A DNA stretch of 64,000 nt from Leucoraja ocellata. Taxonomy: Eukaryota. The stretch's first letter is position 1. Every line of letters starts with the position of its first letter. Positions 38,082-52,500 of this stretch are shown here, in pieces. The stretch is from assembly GCA_036785375.1 (NCBI GenBank), contig JAWMAR010000023.1, positions 4,030,001-4,094,000 on the forward strand, read 5' to 3'. The translations under genes were made by a program, and so were the position numbers. The notes under the pieces are model-generated. The model was not told the origin of the DNA, searched no databases, and saw only the letters and a program-made list of their open reading frames with translations.

Positions 38082-38115
38082 CAAAGATTATAGAGGAGCT
38101 CCTCTATAATCTTTG
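38082..38115. mobile_element. 34-bp perfect palindrome with 8-bp target-site duplication (TIR-only micro-MITE)
   Basis: gtctgtag[CAAAGATTATAGAGGAG|CTCCTCTATAATCTTTG]gtctgtag. Confidence 0.8.
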
Positions 38116-39311
38116 GTCTGTAGATTTAGGATTTTTTTAATTCTTGACATTCCACATGACTGAGGTGTGCCACCTGTCGTGATAGACACTGCCATGATTA
38201 TATTCAGTTAACTGGTCAACCCTCTCCTCCCCAATAGGAACAAAACATCTCTACAGGTTTACTCAACAGGATGTTACCACCTAAAATTCGAAAATTTTGA
38301 TTCCTTCTCATAGAGTGAAAATATCGAAAAAGTTGCTGTGCAGTTGAAAAGAGGCTTAACCCAGACTGGAATAGTATTATCCCGCTCCTTGGCACCAGGC
38401 AGGAAATTCAACCCCTGACTGGTATAAAATTCCTTCACATTTCCTGTCGTTGTTTGCTAACCCTGTGTCCACTGAAATAATATATTAAAAGGGCCAATAC
38501 ACAAATGGCTTTCTCTGCCAGGGAAGCACTTTGCAGCCTTACTGCTTACTCTGCATGCTGCTCTCACTTAAATCAAGGCTTCTCTCCCCTCACCCTTTGA
38601 GACTTACCTGAACTCACAACTTACTTCCAACGAGGGTCTGTTTACAGGTAACATTTCTTTTGTTGGATAGGATAGAAATTAACTATAAGCATTCAAGGCA
38701 TCTCGGGTAGCCACAGGGACTTTGCTGGAGGTGGCTCATCTCCTGAGGTTTTACCAGCCAGAAATGTATAGAGATCAAGACTTGCAACTAAACGTCTGTA
38801 ATGAGCAGGTAGGAGTTCAGAATGACAGTCCTAAGTGACATGTTACCTCCTACAAAGCAAAGCAAATACAAACTTACATGCCTGGAATACTCTGCCACGA
38901 AGGGTTCAGGTCATAGTCACTTCCAGCTCCCTCGCATAAAGATCATTCTGAATTGCTGCTGTTGATGTCAACTCCATCGCGGAGTTTGCGGCGCCCAGCT
39001 CCAATATGGAAGTCAACAAGCTCCATGTACAAGGAGAGAATATCACCTAGTGGATGCAAGGAACTGCAGATGCTGGTTTACACACAAGGACACCTTTGAT
39101 TAGCCTTGAACAAAAAAAGACATAAGTAACTCAGCAGGTCAGGCAACATTCTTGAAGAAGATGGATAGGGGATGTTTCAGGTCGGGACCCACTTCAGGCA
39201 GGAAATGACCTACCATTCCTTTAGCTCACTGGAACAGCCAGGCAAGGGATCAGCTGCTAATGCAGGATTCCCTGGAGTGGAGGCACTAATATAGTATGTC
39301 ATTAAGGAGAC

Positions 39312-39610
39312 TTTAGTCTTTAGAGATATAGTGTGGAAACAGGCCGTTCGGCCCACCGAGTCCATGTTGACCTGTGACCACCCCGTACACTCACATACAT
39401 ACACTAGGGACAATTTTGACAACTTACTGAAGCCAATGAACCTACAAACTTGTACTCTTTGGAGTGTGGGAGGAAACTGGAGCACCCGGCGAAAACCCAC
39501 ACGGTCACAGGGAGGATATACAAATTCCGTACAGACAGCACCCGTAGTCAGGATCAAACCTGGGTCTCTGGCAGTGTAAGGCAGCAACTCTACTGTTGTG
39601 CCACTGTGCC
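39312..39610 (-). mobile_element. HE1/V-SINE-like SINE
   Basis: Near full-length reverse-complement copy. Confidence 0.85.
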
Positions 39611-40019
39611 CCCCCCCCCCTTTGAGACATACAGTGTGGAAACAGCTCTTCGGCCCACCGAAACATCACGAGCAAGTTTCCCCATGACTGTCTTGCACAA
39701 AGAACATGATTCCACCGAGTACTGTTATCCGCCCCACTCTCCAACATCATATCATTTGCAGCACCACTCTCCGTAGCTGGAAGAATGTTGTTTGTTGGGT
39801 ACACCCACCCCATTACAGAAACATAATGTCTACAGCAAAGGAGGTTGTCATTTGGTCCATCAAGTTCATTCTGCCTTTGTGTAAGCAATTTAACTAGTCC
39901 AACTCCCTAACCACATAGGTACTGTAAATTATTTCCCTTCAGATGTTACATAACCCCCTCTGAATCTCTTTCCCCTTAGTTAAATCTATGTTGTCTTGTT
40001 TTATCTGTTTTTAGCTGAT

Positions 40020-40885
40020 ATGGGGAAAGGTTTCCTGCAGTCTACAATATCTGTACCCCTCGCAATTTTTATATAGCTCAGTTCTTAGCCTACTTCATTC
40101 CAGGCAGAACAGACCCAGCCTCTCAAACACTCCATCCCGGGCAACATCCTGGTGAATCTCCTCTGCACTCTTTCAGCGCTGTCACATCTTTCCTATCTTG
40201 TGGTGATTAGGACCATACACAGTACTTCAGCTGAGCTCTGACCAATGGTGTATAAAGTTGAGCATAACCTCCCTGGTTTTCTATTCATCTCCCTGACTAA
40301 TAATGGCCATTATCCTGAGTGGTTACGTTTTACATTGCTGCCCCTCCAGGACTGCCCTGGAAACTCCAGGAATTAATCTCCAAACACACATTGAGGCAAA
40401 CTGGTGTTGGTATTACAAGATGCAAGTGATTTTCTTTAATGACTTACAAAAGTATTAGGCAGATTAGAAAGCGTGACATCATCCAAACAGGTAATTATTG
40501 AGTCTGTTTGATTTCCAATTGGTTAAGGGAAGATGGGTGTGTGAGACGTGTAATGATGGTTCCGTGGCTAGGTCATAGTCGTAGAGTGATACAGTGTGGA
40601 AACAGGCCCTTCGGCTTAACTTGCCAACACCGGCCAACAATGTCTCAGCTACCTTTAGTCCCACTTGCCTGCGCTTGGTCCATAACCCTCCAAACCTGTC
40701 CTATTCATGTACCTGTCCAACTGTTTCTTAAACAATTGGATAGTCCCAGCCTCAACTACCTCCTCTGGCAGCTTGTTCCATACACCCACCACCCTCTGTG
40801 TGAAAAGGTTACCCCTCGGATTGCTATTAAATCTTTTCCCCTTCACCTTGAACCTGTGTCCTCTGGTCCTCAATCCCCCTACTCT
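40020..40885 (-). mobile_element. Two CR1-like LINE fragments
   Basis: 40570-40885 encodes RTRGHRFKVKGKRF...NLFTQRVVGVWNKLP; 40020-40320 is an older RT remnant. Confidence 0.75.
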
Positions 40886-42865
40886 GAATTTGAATGTTGT
40901 ATTGAAACATCCACCAATATGGCCGTTTGGGAACTGAGCAAGGATCTGTAATATGGAGGGTGTTCATCTAAACCACCATGTTCAACCTCAGGAAGATTTG
41001 GAGAATCATGTTCCCCCATGACTGAAATGGCCTGGCCACTGGAGGTTAGGCTGCTTTGAGCCCCAACCCTGAGAAGTTTAACAGATTCCAGGCTTGCTGT
41101 CCCTGATCCAGGGATTTCTGCTGGTAAGTGGATTCATGTGGTTGTCTTGTGACTCAGCTAGCCCTGTGATTAACCTCCTATCACTCTCTGAGTGCAGACA
41201 CTAACAATAGGCTGGTAATGTGCCAGAGAAACACCACACAATATGATTGAGTTCGAGTGGAAAAGGACCAAAGTGTATTTGGAAAAGGAATTCCAACAAT
41301 GTAGAGGCGAAACATTGTGAAAGCTGGAATTCTGAAATTAAATTTGAAAATGTGAAAAGTGCCACCCAAGTTTCCAGTATTTTCTCTCATTTTTCTAAAA
41401 ATATGTATAATTAAAATGGTAATAATTGCATGAAGGAGCTCTGTCAAGGTCAGTGTTAGGACATCATGAACCACCATCTCAACTAAATAGCAAAATGAAT
41501 GTAAAACCCTATTGCAGGAATTCAAAACACGTTGGTTGTGAATGTTGGCTGAAGTGCTGTGATAAAGAATTGTCCTCTGCAGAGTAAAGCTAAGTATGTT
41601 AGAATTGCTCAGCACCATAGAATGAAACAACACGGGAAGGTGAACCGGGTTAATGCCACCAGCGCCTTCAAGGTCAGCTGCAGGAAACGCCCACGGGACA
41701 AAAAGATGGCCGGGCGAGGAGAGGGGACGTGTGATTTGCGGGAACTGCTCCAGTAGACCGTGCGGCGGGCCGACTCGACTTTGAATAATGGCGTCAAAAA
41801 TGGCAACGTCTGCATGTGTAATATATGCAAAAAAGAATTTCACCCTGCAGTTGCATGTGACAAATAAATTATCTTTGAAGCATGTCTGTGTCAGACTCAC
41901 GTGGTGTTTTTTTGTGATCTCCAGGTAACCATTGAATCACTTTTTCCCGTTAATGTTGTAATGCAGGATCAGGACATGAGATCTATACACAGCAACTGCC
42001 CACAGGCAGCATTGTGCTGAAACAACAAAGACTAAACATATTGATTGAACGATAAGCATTGGCCTTTCACTCTACTAAGGAGTGACATGGGTTCAATTAC
42101 ATCCACCTGAAAGAGCAGGCAGGAGGTGTTAGATGCCCCAACTGAAAGAACACACCTCTGATGTGGGCCATACTTTGGCAGCAAAGCCACACTTCAGTAC
42201 GACATTGAAGCCACGTAGCTGAGAAGTTTTTAAAAGGGTGCACAGGAAGATATCACAAGAAGGTGTTGCCCCCTCTGGTGTGAGGATCCAGCCGCCATTC
42301 TCAACCAGGACTCACTGGTGACTGTGAAAGTCACCTGAAGAATGGGTTCATCCCACCAGTGCAATCGTGCAGAATGAGTGAAATGATTCTGCAGACTGTT
42401 ACACCTCGTTCACACAGACCGATACAGAAAACAAGTTATATCAGTCAATGACAGTCAGGTTTCTAATTTACTTTCACCTGTTACACAAATTCAAAATCAA
42501 AGCCGATAGTTTTTGAGCTGTGGCAATTTCAACAAACATTAGTGAGGAAGTAATGTAAGAGATAAAACTGTGTAAAATTGTTACTCGTTAATAATGCAGT
42601 GCATAAGTTCAAGAAAGCCATGGAAATATGGACGGGTGTTATTGTACCTGGGTCTCTGGAGAATCCGCTCTTCCTGTGTTTACGCAGCTTTTGTTTCCAA
42701 AGTCCTTTTCATTATGTTTCCCTGACAGTAACATCTGTATCCAGGGAGGCAAACACTAACCAGAGCTCAGAAGTATCCAGGCTGTCTCTCCCCGTGTCGT
42801 GCTGTTGGAGTGCCATTGTGAAATCCTGCACTGTGGCCCCATCTACACATGTTAAAAATACAGGA

Positions 42866-43160
42866 AGTCAAGTCAAGTCACTTTTATTTCTATAGCACAT
42901 TTAAAAAAACAACTCTCGTTGACCAAATTGCTTTGCATTGATGGAGGTACTAACGTCATACAACTTTGGTTCATAGATTAAGTACATACAAAAATACATA
43001 CATATAGCCCTCCCTCAGAGAGTAAAGATGAGTTTTAAGTCTCGACTTAAAAGAGTAGATGGAGGGGGCAGTCCTGATGTGAAGAGTGATGCTGTTCCAC
43101 AGTCTAGGAGCTGCAACCGCAAAGGCGCGGTCGCCCCTGAACTTATGCCTAGACCTAGGA
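42866..43160 (-). mobile_element. L2-like LINE 3' end
   Basis: Minus strand reads GDRAFAVAAPRLWNS and FKSRLKTH, followed by a (TTGAC)n-type tail (plus AAGTCAAGTCAAGTC). Confidence 0.8.
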
Positions 43161-43370
43161 AGCCAATCATTGTGCTAAACGTGACAAATAAATTAACTGC
43201 TTTTGTGCAATCAGTAAATGTACTATTTGATCGTAGATGCTACAACTGATATGTAAGTTGAGGGTACAGCCAAGATTTTGACAATGAGCTACATCATTTT
43301 AAGCCCAATGGCTAAATTAAAATCTCCATCCTCTTTGATTTCCATTGGTCACCAGTTACCAGTGACAAGC

Positions 43371-43642
43371 TGGCATGGTGACACAGCGGTAGAGTTGTGG
43401 AGCGGTAGAGACCCGGGTTTGATCCTGACCTCGGGTACAGTCGGTACGGAGTTTCCATGTTCTCCCTGTGACCGCATGGATTTTCCCCAGGTGCTCCGGT
43501 TTCCTCCCACACTCCAAAAACGTACAGGTTTGTAGGTCAATTGGCTTCGGTAAAGGTTGTAAATTGTCCCTCGTGTGTAGGATAGTGGTTGTGTACAGGG
43601 ATTGCTGGTTGGCGCGGACTCAATGGGCTGAAGGCCCTGTTT
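43371..43642 (+). mobile_element. HE1/V-SINE-like SINE
   Basis: Same head and body motifs as 17826-18195. Confidence 0.85.
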
Positions 43643-43956
43643 AACAAAGAACTATTTGCCAGATTTGTAATTAGTTCCTCCCAGTGTCAGCTGTGTTTTG
43701 CATTTCAAACCTCTGCAACACTTGGAGATATTTTGGCCATCAGGAAAGGCATCGTAACTTGTATGTGATTTGGCTTCAACTTGTAAACTATCACGCACTG
43801 CTGAGATTTTAAACATTAACTCTCAGTGGGAGATGACAGGATGGGGGGGGGGGGGGGGGGGGGGGATGTGTGTGTGCACTGTCGGTGTTTGTGGGGTTAG
43901 GAGTGTGTGGGTGTGGTGCGTTTGGGTGAGGTGCTTGTGGGGGGCAGCCCCACAAG

Positions 43957-44560
43957 TTTAGTGATACAGCATACTAGTGATACTAGTTTAGTGATACAGC
44001 ACGGGAACAGGCCCTTCGGCCCACCGAGTCCGCACCGACCAGCGATCCCCGCACACTAACGCTATCCTACACACACTAGGGACAATTTACACTTATACAC
44101 TTACACTTCTACAAACCTGTACATCTTTGGAGAGTGGGGAGGAAACCAAAGCTCTCGGAGAAAACCCACGTGGTCACGGGGGAGAACGTACAAACTCCAT
44201 ACAGGCAGCACCGTAGTCAGGATTGAACCAGGATCTCGGACGCTGTAAAGCAACAACTCTACCGCTGCGCCACTGTGCTGCCCTTGTTGCCTATTTCTGT
44301 TTTCCCCTAGCGACATAGGAGGAGGCCGTTGAGTCTATCGAGCCCTTCCCAACTTGCTCTAAGTTTCCTATTATCTATTCCTCCTACATTTCCAACCTTA
44401 CCCACACACTGAAGGCAATTTAAAACGGTCAATTGACCCCCAAAACACACACATCTTTGGATGTGAGAGGAAATTGATGAAGTCACATGAAAACATGCAA
44501 ACTCCACACAGACAACAGTGGAAGTCAGGATTGCACAAGATTGGCGACGCAGTAACGCAG
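43957..44560 (-). mobile_element. Two HE1/V-SINE-like SINEs
   Basis: A young copy at 43957-44283 and a diverged copy at ~44390-44555. Confidence 0.8.
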
Positions 44561-46894
44561 CATCTCTGCTCGCTGCTAATACAAGTGGCCACTTCAGTTG
44601 GACCAACCATGGTGACACGAAGAAGTGCTTTGACCAAAAAGTCACCATTCCTTCGCTCCGGAGATGCTTCCTGTCCCGCTTAGTTACTCCTGCAATTTGT
44701 GTCTATCATGGTGACATGAAACTGGAGTTAGGCAGAGACCCTAACAAGACTTTTGTCCAAAGGTCACTCCGGCATCCAGCTGGGTTCCTAACTGGTTACT
44801 TCTGCTGATGGTTTTTATTTCCAAATCTATCTTCAACCAAATTTAGTTCCCAAACTCGATTTTAGCTCAGGATATATAATCCAGGAATTAACCCACAAAT
44901 ACTGAGCTGTTTTTAAAAAATATGAATCTCACCTCAAGAATTCAAAGTCAGTAAATTTTAATAAATACCTGTTTGGGAATTTTTGTACTGACTACCTAGC
45001 CTCTTTATTTTCCATTCTCTCATACACCAATGTAGATTACCCGTTTCTCAATGCAGTGAACAAATTGCTCACAACAATTTCAATGAGCAAAGATTCTGTA
45101 AACACTGTCATGATTTCAAATGCAATTGAACACGTGAAACGTCTTTGCAAATGGAAATCTATTGATGTCCAACTCACCTCCAGGTTCGTCTCTCACTTGC
45201 GTTTTTGACAGGCAGAGCTCAAGTCTTCATGTTTCTTCATCTTTTTCATCTCGTCCCGTGGCGTCCGAACCTTGCTTTTGAAGGTATTTGTTAGCATTGA
45301 GCATAACTAAACCGCCTCACGCATCCGAGACCGAGATTTCCCCTCATTCCAGCAGAGTGAATAACCAGAAACAGTTTCAAGTGCGAGGACAATCATTCAT
45401 CATTTGATTCATTTTATAATAGATTTAAAATAAAGAGAAAAAGAAGCAGTGTGTCATGCAGGCATTGTTGAACAGAGTAAACTGATCTGGACTATGCTGA
45501 CAGAATAGAGGAAGGATTTCATAGTAACTTCCAAAAGGGGAACTAGTTCAATACTTGAAAGTAAAGTAAAAAACCACAGTTATCGAGCAAGAGCTAGAGA
45601 ATTAGGTAAGATAATACATGAACAATGGGCCAAAAGATATTATTTGATTCTAGCGGGGTGATTTTAAATCAGTTCTGTAGGCATGACACTTTACCAGTGG
45701 AAAGTGAACACAGCAACAATTTTACAGCTGATCTAGACATGCTAATCTATGGAACAAATCCATCACTGCACCCAGTATCACCAGCCTCCTGGTGGGCAGA
45801 TTAGGCCCCCACTCATCACTGTGTCACTTGACGGGTATGCAATTTGTGCTGATACGCTATATCACAATGCTATTCAATTTAATTATACGGCTCGCAACTT
45901 TGATGTTCATATGTTATCAGACGTGTAACCTAATCGTGGTGCCTATTAATTGGAGGGAGGAGGGCTTTCTGGGCTGGTGCTGATGACATGTTTTCTGACA
46001 GTCATGCCAAATGAAGTTCAGACATGGCCACTCCTAACTAGTGCAACGGCCGTCAGCTTCTACCAATGCCACACTACCAGCAGGCTATATGTATCGTGTG
46101 TTGAAGTCCAAAAGCAAATGAACAACCTCAAACGTCTTTGCAAATGGAATGATATCCAACTCACCTTCAAAGGTGTCTTTCTCTCGTGTATCGATAGGTT
46201 GAACTCACGGCACTCTTGTTACATTACCTGCACACAGCACCATTGTAAAGGGGATGATAAAGGGATTTTGTGAGTACGTATTGCAGAATGTTATAGATTC
46301 CTGACGTTACTCTCGAATGATTTAAAAACTTGATCTAGATTCCCCCACACATGATCTTGCTTGTCATGCGAATAAATAAATTATTTAACAGGTAGGACAC
46401 ACTTGCTGTCTCCCTCCTTCCCCCGAGGCACTTAAACAGAAATTTCTTCTGACTGCTTTGGATGATTGAAATCCAGTCCAGACAAATAACTGGTATCATG
46501 AGAAACATTCTTTGTCATGCCTTATCTTCTGGAGCAGGCCTGGCTTGAAGGCCAGTGCTCACCATATCAGCTGGCAACACATCTCACAGACACAGTACTC
46601 TCTCACAAAACAGGTTCTTAATGCAAGCTGACATTTTATACATATCATGTGTTGTAGTAGCTGTTGGATTAGCAAATTGTTAACAAAGGAATCCAATGAC
46701 ATTGCTGGTTCCTGTATAAAACTAACCGCCATGTAGCTCAAGAACTAGATTAGAAGTGAAAACACAACAGAGCTGTGGATTAACTTTTATCTGTCACACG
46801 GTTCAAAATTACATTTCCATTTAACATTTGGGGCTGCACTCATTTTGTCTTCCTTCAGCCGGCTTCAGCCATACCAATGAATGCTTTGGAGCAG

Positions 46895-47184
46895 GGGCAG
46901 CTCAGTGGCGCAGCGGTAGACTTACTGCCTTACAGCGCCATGGACCCAGGTTCAATTCTGACCACCGGTGCTGTCTGTATGGAGTTTGCACGTTCTCTTT
47001 GTGACTGCGTGGGTTTTCTCCAGGTGCTCTGGTTCCCTCCCTCTCCAAAGATGCACAGATTTGTAGGTCAATTGGCTTCTGTAAATTGTCCATAGTGTGT
47101 AGGATAGTGCTAGTATACAGGGTGATTGCTGGTCGGTGCAGACTCGGTGGGCCGAAGGGCCTGTTTCTGCACTGTATCTCTAAA
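46895..47184 (+). mobile_element. HE1/V-SINE-like SINE
   Basis: Full head-body-tail. Confidence 0.85.
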
Positions 47185-49569
47185 GTCAGTCAGTCTGCAA
47201 GCCAGTAATGAAGTAGCCAAGGCTTTGCTCCATAGATGCTGCTGCACCCGCTGAGTTTCTCCAGCATTTTTGTGTACCTTTGAGTTGGATGCGTTGGACT
47301 CTCTTCGAAGTTTACTCGCTCTGTGAATGCCACTTATTGTTGAGATTATTGTCGTGTCATGCCAAGCCAAATGTTCAGTTCCTCCATTGTTCCTTATGTT
47401 ATGTTAGCAGTTTCCAATGGTCTGTTTTATAGATGAGGCAAGGGGAGTTTGTGGTTCCGACTGTCATTTCTGCCGATGAACTGAATATTCAATGGCTGGT
47501 GGACAACATGCTGAGTTAGCCTCCAATATTTCACTGTACATTTTCTCAGCTCTGATACATCATCTTGTCCGCGCTTGCTGCAGCCAAAAATGGCAGGAAG
47601 ATGACCAACGTGGCCTGAACCCTGTAGCCTTCAAATAAGCCATTACAATTATGAAGGAGGAGAATCAAAAAGTGAAATATCACTGCTCCTTTTGACAGCA
47701 ATGCTGCTCTGTCCGAGTCCAGCACTGTACCTCCACCACAATCAGTACCACCTTTTGATTCACTGCTTTATTCAGGTAAATGTTATAGTAATCCTTCTAT
47801 TGCTGGGCAGATTCCAGTGCCCACATTTGTCTTCAATGTTCCAGGTTTTGTCCTTTTCAAAGGTGTAAGAACGAGGTCTACCATTTTATTTACATTTGAA
47901 GTGAGTGCTTTCCATCCATCATTTAAAGTTACCTTGTCCATCTTTTATTGCTCCTAGCCATGTTTCAAGGAGTTAGCCTGTTCTGCAGGAGGCCAAGCTA
48001 ACGATTCAACCTCCAAGAACAATAATGTGCTTGAACTACCTTGAGGAAGGAAGCACACACTTGGGGTGACATCTCGTCAGTAGTTAACTCTTCGGAGCAA
48101 ATAATGCCAGTGGAAGATGAGGCAGTCCCACAGAGGTGTGAGGACTTGGCTGGAAAAGGACATACACTAGTCCTGTGATACTGAATTGCCTACATTGTAG
48201 GTAGAGGGAGGCACAAACGGAAATTAGACAATTACCCATTGAGACAATGACAGAGAGAGACAATAAGAAAGTCAGACATTTAACCATATACCCGTGCAGG
48301 ACCAACTGTGTGCAGCCAGACAAGTATTTATTTCATTGGCCACAGAAAAGCACGGGACCATGGCAGAACAACACTGAGGCCAGAAACTGAGAGACACTAC
48401 TGAGGATTAAAAGCAGCCATAACACTCAATCTGGTGGTCAGTCTGTGATGTGGTGGGAAAAGGTCAATCTGATCATGATCCACAGTCTCTCATGGTAAAA
48501 GGGACACATGGTGGTGAGAGCAGGAGTCGTCTAACAGCCTGCTGACCTTCTTCATCATGGCCCACTGAAGAAGGTGGAGTTCTTAACCTTCCAGGATTGT
48601 GCACGTACCCCCATAAATGACCCACCAATTGTCGGCACACCGTGATTGACTAGGGGAGGGTAATAAATAAAATGGACACCTTTCATTTTCCTTGATATAA
48701 ATTTTGCTCATTAGTTAAAGAAATATTGGATCTGGGATACATTTGATTGGGGCAACGATGGAGAAACAGAACCAACCTCCAGGCACCATCAACTGGAGGT
48801 GGAACTCGGGAGCCAGGTGAGGTGTGAAGTTGCACGCAGCTGGGAAAGAAAAAGGGGAAGGTGAGCGCCAGTAAAGGAGACATTTCAGGGAATGGGGGAA
48901 AAGCAAACAGTAAGTTCGGGTGAGGGAAGGGGAAGTCGAGAGAAGGAAAAGGAAGACCAATGACAGGAAAGTGATATCCAGGGAAGAGCAATAATAAAAA
49001 GAAACAGGAAAGAAACCAGAATGAAATGGTTTGATAACCAATCCATTGGAGGGCACCTTGGTGCCGAGAGTCAAAAGGCTGTCCAGGGAACGAGAAAGTT
49101 AGTAAGTATCAAACGATATATATTCAGAAATAAATTTAACAAACTAACATGGAGAGATTTTTCTTTGTTTTTTTAATTTACAGCAGAAAGGATTATAAAG
49201 CATTCAAAAACATCTTACATAATTTTGACGGGGAATTTAAAATGTTTGCATGACTCTGGCAGCTGGGCTATCCCTTGTAAAGATTCTAAACGACCCAGTG
49301 ACGCTCTCACATGCAGACATACAAAAAGAGGAACAATTGAAACAAAAGGTTGAAATCAAAAAGGTTCAAAACAAGAGAGTGTAGAGGAAGAAAGAGGAGG
49401 GGGGGAAAAAAAAGGAAGGGGCAAGAAAAGAGAGACAAAAAAAAAAAAAAAAAGAAAGGAGAATCTACACTAGTATCACATGCAATTGTGAGCAACCCCA
49501 GGAGTCTCTGTCGTAGCATATGTTTCTGGGTTGTTGCAGTGTGCAACAAAGCTTTGCATTTTCTAGAAT

Positions 49570-52500
49570 TTTATTTTTTTTATTTTTTTTTTGTGCAATG
49601 TTGTGACCTGTTTGTCTAATCTCAGATGAACAGATGAAGTGGACATTCTTTCCATTACTGTCAAGTTTGATTTATGTAATATATTTTTTTCAAAATCTAT
49701 TGTGTCCTGTATGTGTGCGTGTATTTGTATGCATATGTATGTGTGTATTATGTGTGTAACATTTTCCACTGTATCACACAGTATTTAACATAAAAATGCC
49801 TGTTAATCTTTCTTTTCAAAGAGTGATTTATGGTATAATGCTATATATATATATATTATATCCTTACAGTAACCTGCTCAGCAAAGATTATAACTTAATG
49901 TTGTGTCTTTTCTTTTAGCAATACAGCATTCACATTACTTGGCACCCATTGGCAAAGGAGATAAGTCTTGGTAGCCAAACAGAAAAGAAATATGTAAACA
50001 TAAACTTTTCAGTTATATCATTTTGCTGTCTGTTTTCTAATTCTAAGTACAGTAGTTTTTTTGCAAGTAATCATGCTTTAGCAAAAATGTTCTTCTAAAG
50101 AACATTTAAAATAAGGAATTCTTACAGTGATTTTTTTTTCATTTTACAGGTCATTTGCTTCTAATACTTCCTTTTGTTTTTTTTTGTTCATTACAGTCAT
50201 GCACATATCTCTGGTGTTTTTTTTCCATCATTTTAAGTATATATACATTATTTACAAACAGTATATCCACATTGCTAGCTCATTCAGATAAAACTATACA
50301 AATTCCCATTCTGCCATTACCAATCTCATAACCACTCACAGTAAAATAATTCATTGTTGGCATCCCACGTTTTTTCATTGTTTTCATTCATCTCCCTATC
50401 ATGATCTTCAATATATACAGAGTCCACCCAGGTTACTGACAGTAGCCAAGAATATGGACATTACTGGCCAGCAAAATACATCATACAAGACCTTACTGTC
50501 TTGTACGATGTCAAGGCAATGAATGTGACCCCACAAAAAAATTGTCCTATTTTTGAAAGGCTAAAAAAGCTTAAATGCTTTTTGAAATAAAGAAAGAACA
50601 AAAGAAAATAAATTAAATAATCAAAGCTTTAAATAAACTATTTATATATTATATATATATTAAAAAAAAGTTCAGACTAAAAAAAAGTTATAAAGTAAGG
50701 CAAAATAAAGTGCAGGATGTGACAGGACACGAGCAAGGTGACAGTGACTGTTGAGGAAGAAAGGTTTCGGGAGTTTTTGGATAAGGTTAATACCCAGCTT
50801 ATGTGGAACCTCCTGCCCCCATTGTCAGCAAACCCAACCCCCCCTCCATTCCCTTTGTCTTTGTAGTGTGGTCAGTGAGAGAACATTTCAATCGCAAACA
50901 AATGTGGTGAGGTACTCTCACCTCAACACACCTGGGCTGCACCTGGGCACCTCCTCAGCTTGCAATGATGACAGACAGAACAGGGTCATTACCCTGCCAT
51001 GGCCCGAAGTGCAGCAGATACTTGTACTTTGTGAACTCAATGGTGAGAAGCAGAGTAAGACTTTTTTTTTGACAGTACAATGTTTTTTTAATGATATGCA
51101 GCCAGTGAAGCAACATAATAAAGACCCCAGGGGTGCTTTTTAATGGTGCCTCACAAGGTATAATTGAAGGCTAAAGGTAGATGGAGGGAGTCAGTTTGGT
51201 CAATTTTGTTTGTTCATTAGTTTGAAATGTTATTTGGGGAAGGGTCTTGCTTTACAACTTGATGCACTGAGCTGTCAGTAATAATGTTTGCCAACGACAG
51301 CACAATTGCATAGTAGAAACACATCTACCCTCTACTAGAAATACTGATGTGGTTTACCCACCACCCACCCCCCACCCCCTCCACCAGAAGCATTTTGTTT
51401 TAGATGGCTCAGATTGTTCAAGAAGCATTCTGTTATGCTAGTTCACAGTAATTTAAAACTAAGCTAAGAAGAATAAAACTGCATGATTTTCTCAAATCAG
51501 CTCATGGCAATAGAGTGGGCAGCAATCTGTTTTACTTTGACCACGGCAAAGGGTTCAATAATGGATCAATAATGAGTTTATGGAGGGTTGGTTGGGTTTC
51601 TGTCTGTATCTCAGTACAAACCTAATCCAAGTTTCCTGCCCCTTTGCAACAGCAAACTAGATGGTCCAATAAAAGACATTGCTTTTCTTCAACATCCCCA
51701 ACTGGCAGGCAATCTGGAAAATAAGGCTGTGCCACCTTCAACACTGTTGGCCTTGGGAGGCCTTTTCTGTTTATAGAAAAGTAGGGCCAGCTTCAATCTC
51801 ATGTTACTAGCCTTTAACACTCGGGAAAATTGAAATCCTCTCTCCTCACACTGGCCTTTGGCCTTGGGAGGACCAGGCTCGTTGTTGACTGTTGATGAAA
51901 GTATATGTCCCTCATGGTTCAAATCAACGTAACACTGATAATTGGCCAGCATGGAGACAGGAACAGAAGTAATCGGTCAGTTTGCACTGTTTCTTGGAGC
52001 CAAAGGTCTGGGCTCCACATCAACACCACAGACAATTCCAAGCCTCTTCTCCAAACAATGAGTGCTTGGATAAAGCAAACTCAGGATGTCCCGAGATAGC
52101 CAATTAACTACTTTTCATCACTGTCATATTTAAAGAAACACAGCAGCCAATTTAAGATAGACTGGTTACAGAGATGTTAGCTGAGAATTACATGTTGCCT
52201 GGAACATGGACAGCACCTGGGGCTTGACCTGTAGCAGTAACGCCCTTCACGAGACAAGGAGAGGGGAAGAGAGGGATAAAGGGCAATACAGGGAATACTG
52301 CAAGGGTATGTTTGTAGACATGCCAGGGCCTCCTGTGTTAGCTTTGGGTGTATCTCACCAGGTGACCCAACCACCATCTTAAAATCTCAGTTCCAGCAAC
52401 TCTCGTAAGATCTGGTAAGACATTAAAAAAAAACCTCAACAATAAGTTTATACACACACACAGTCACTCCATCATTTCATTATTTTTAAACTTATTTAAA

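Noticed and set aside
41181-41900. 239-aa minus-strand ORF (and the 187-aa ORF at 32732-33295)
   Set aside because: No recognisable domain, they run through repeat-derived sequence, and there is no splice context.
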